Shown in pieces: positions 63,633 through 64,000 of a stretch of DNA of 64,000 bases. The DNA comes from a virus, in IMG/VR virus record IMGVR_UViG_3300036820_000002, positions 1 to 64,000 of that record; one strand, 5' to 3'. The notes under the pieces were generated by a model. That model worked only from the letters and a program-made list of their open reading frames with translations, ran no database searches and had not been told where the DNA came from. Made by a program: the position numbers and the translations under genes. Numbering within the stretch: the first letter of the stretch is position 1; each line of letters starts with the position of its first letter.

Positions 63633-64000
63633 GCGCGGTTCTTCTCCGGGGTTCAGTCGTCAGAATGAAGCTCCCGGTAGGTACTGATCGCCTCTGCTTT
63701 CGCGTCGGCCATCACCGGCAGCCAGAACATTTCATCGAGATCGAGCCTGTCGACGGTGCGCGGATCCCAGTGGTGCAGGTCGGCGAACCGGTCATAGGCC
63801 CACATCCGCTCCGGCATCCCGGCTGGCGGACCGGGGGCGAACTGGGGCGGGTATCCCTGGTAGTAATGCAGGTAGACCGAGGTCAGCTGACGTCCTGCTT
63901 TTTTGGGTCCGGTGCCGTGCGCCCCGAGATCTTGTCCATCAGCGGTTGCACGGCTTCCTCTATCAGGGAGTAGTCATCCAGGTCCATGCAGCCGCCGATC

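Overview
High-GC segment of a large actinobacterial tailed phage genome. Left part (1-30 kb): replication, recombination and nucleotide-metabolism genes (beta clamp, SSB, AAA helicase, RusA, class II RNR with an intein, exonuclease, Rad52/Sak-like recombinase with an intein, Nudix/MazG/HD hydrolases, CCA-adding enzyme). It also holds a compact TnpB/Cas12f/Cas12n-like RuvC effector whose stop codon lies inside the first repeat of a 13-repeat CRISPR array, with no cas1/cas2. Middle (32.7-47 kb): about 42 tRNA genes covering all 20 amino acids, mixed with secreted lectin-like genes and several structured RNAs. These include two solitary copies of the CRISPR repeat, a mimic of the 23S rRNA L11-binding domain, and a TROVE/TerD-like gene followed by three covarying Y-RNA-like units, one carrying a circularly permuted tRNA. 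Right (47.6-64 kb, minus strand): lysis, glycosyltransferase, tail and tape-measure genes. All calls were made by eye; no searches or folding programs were run.
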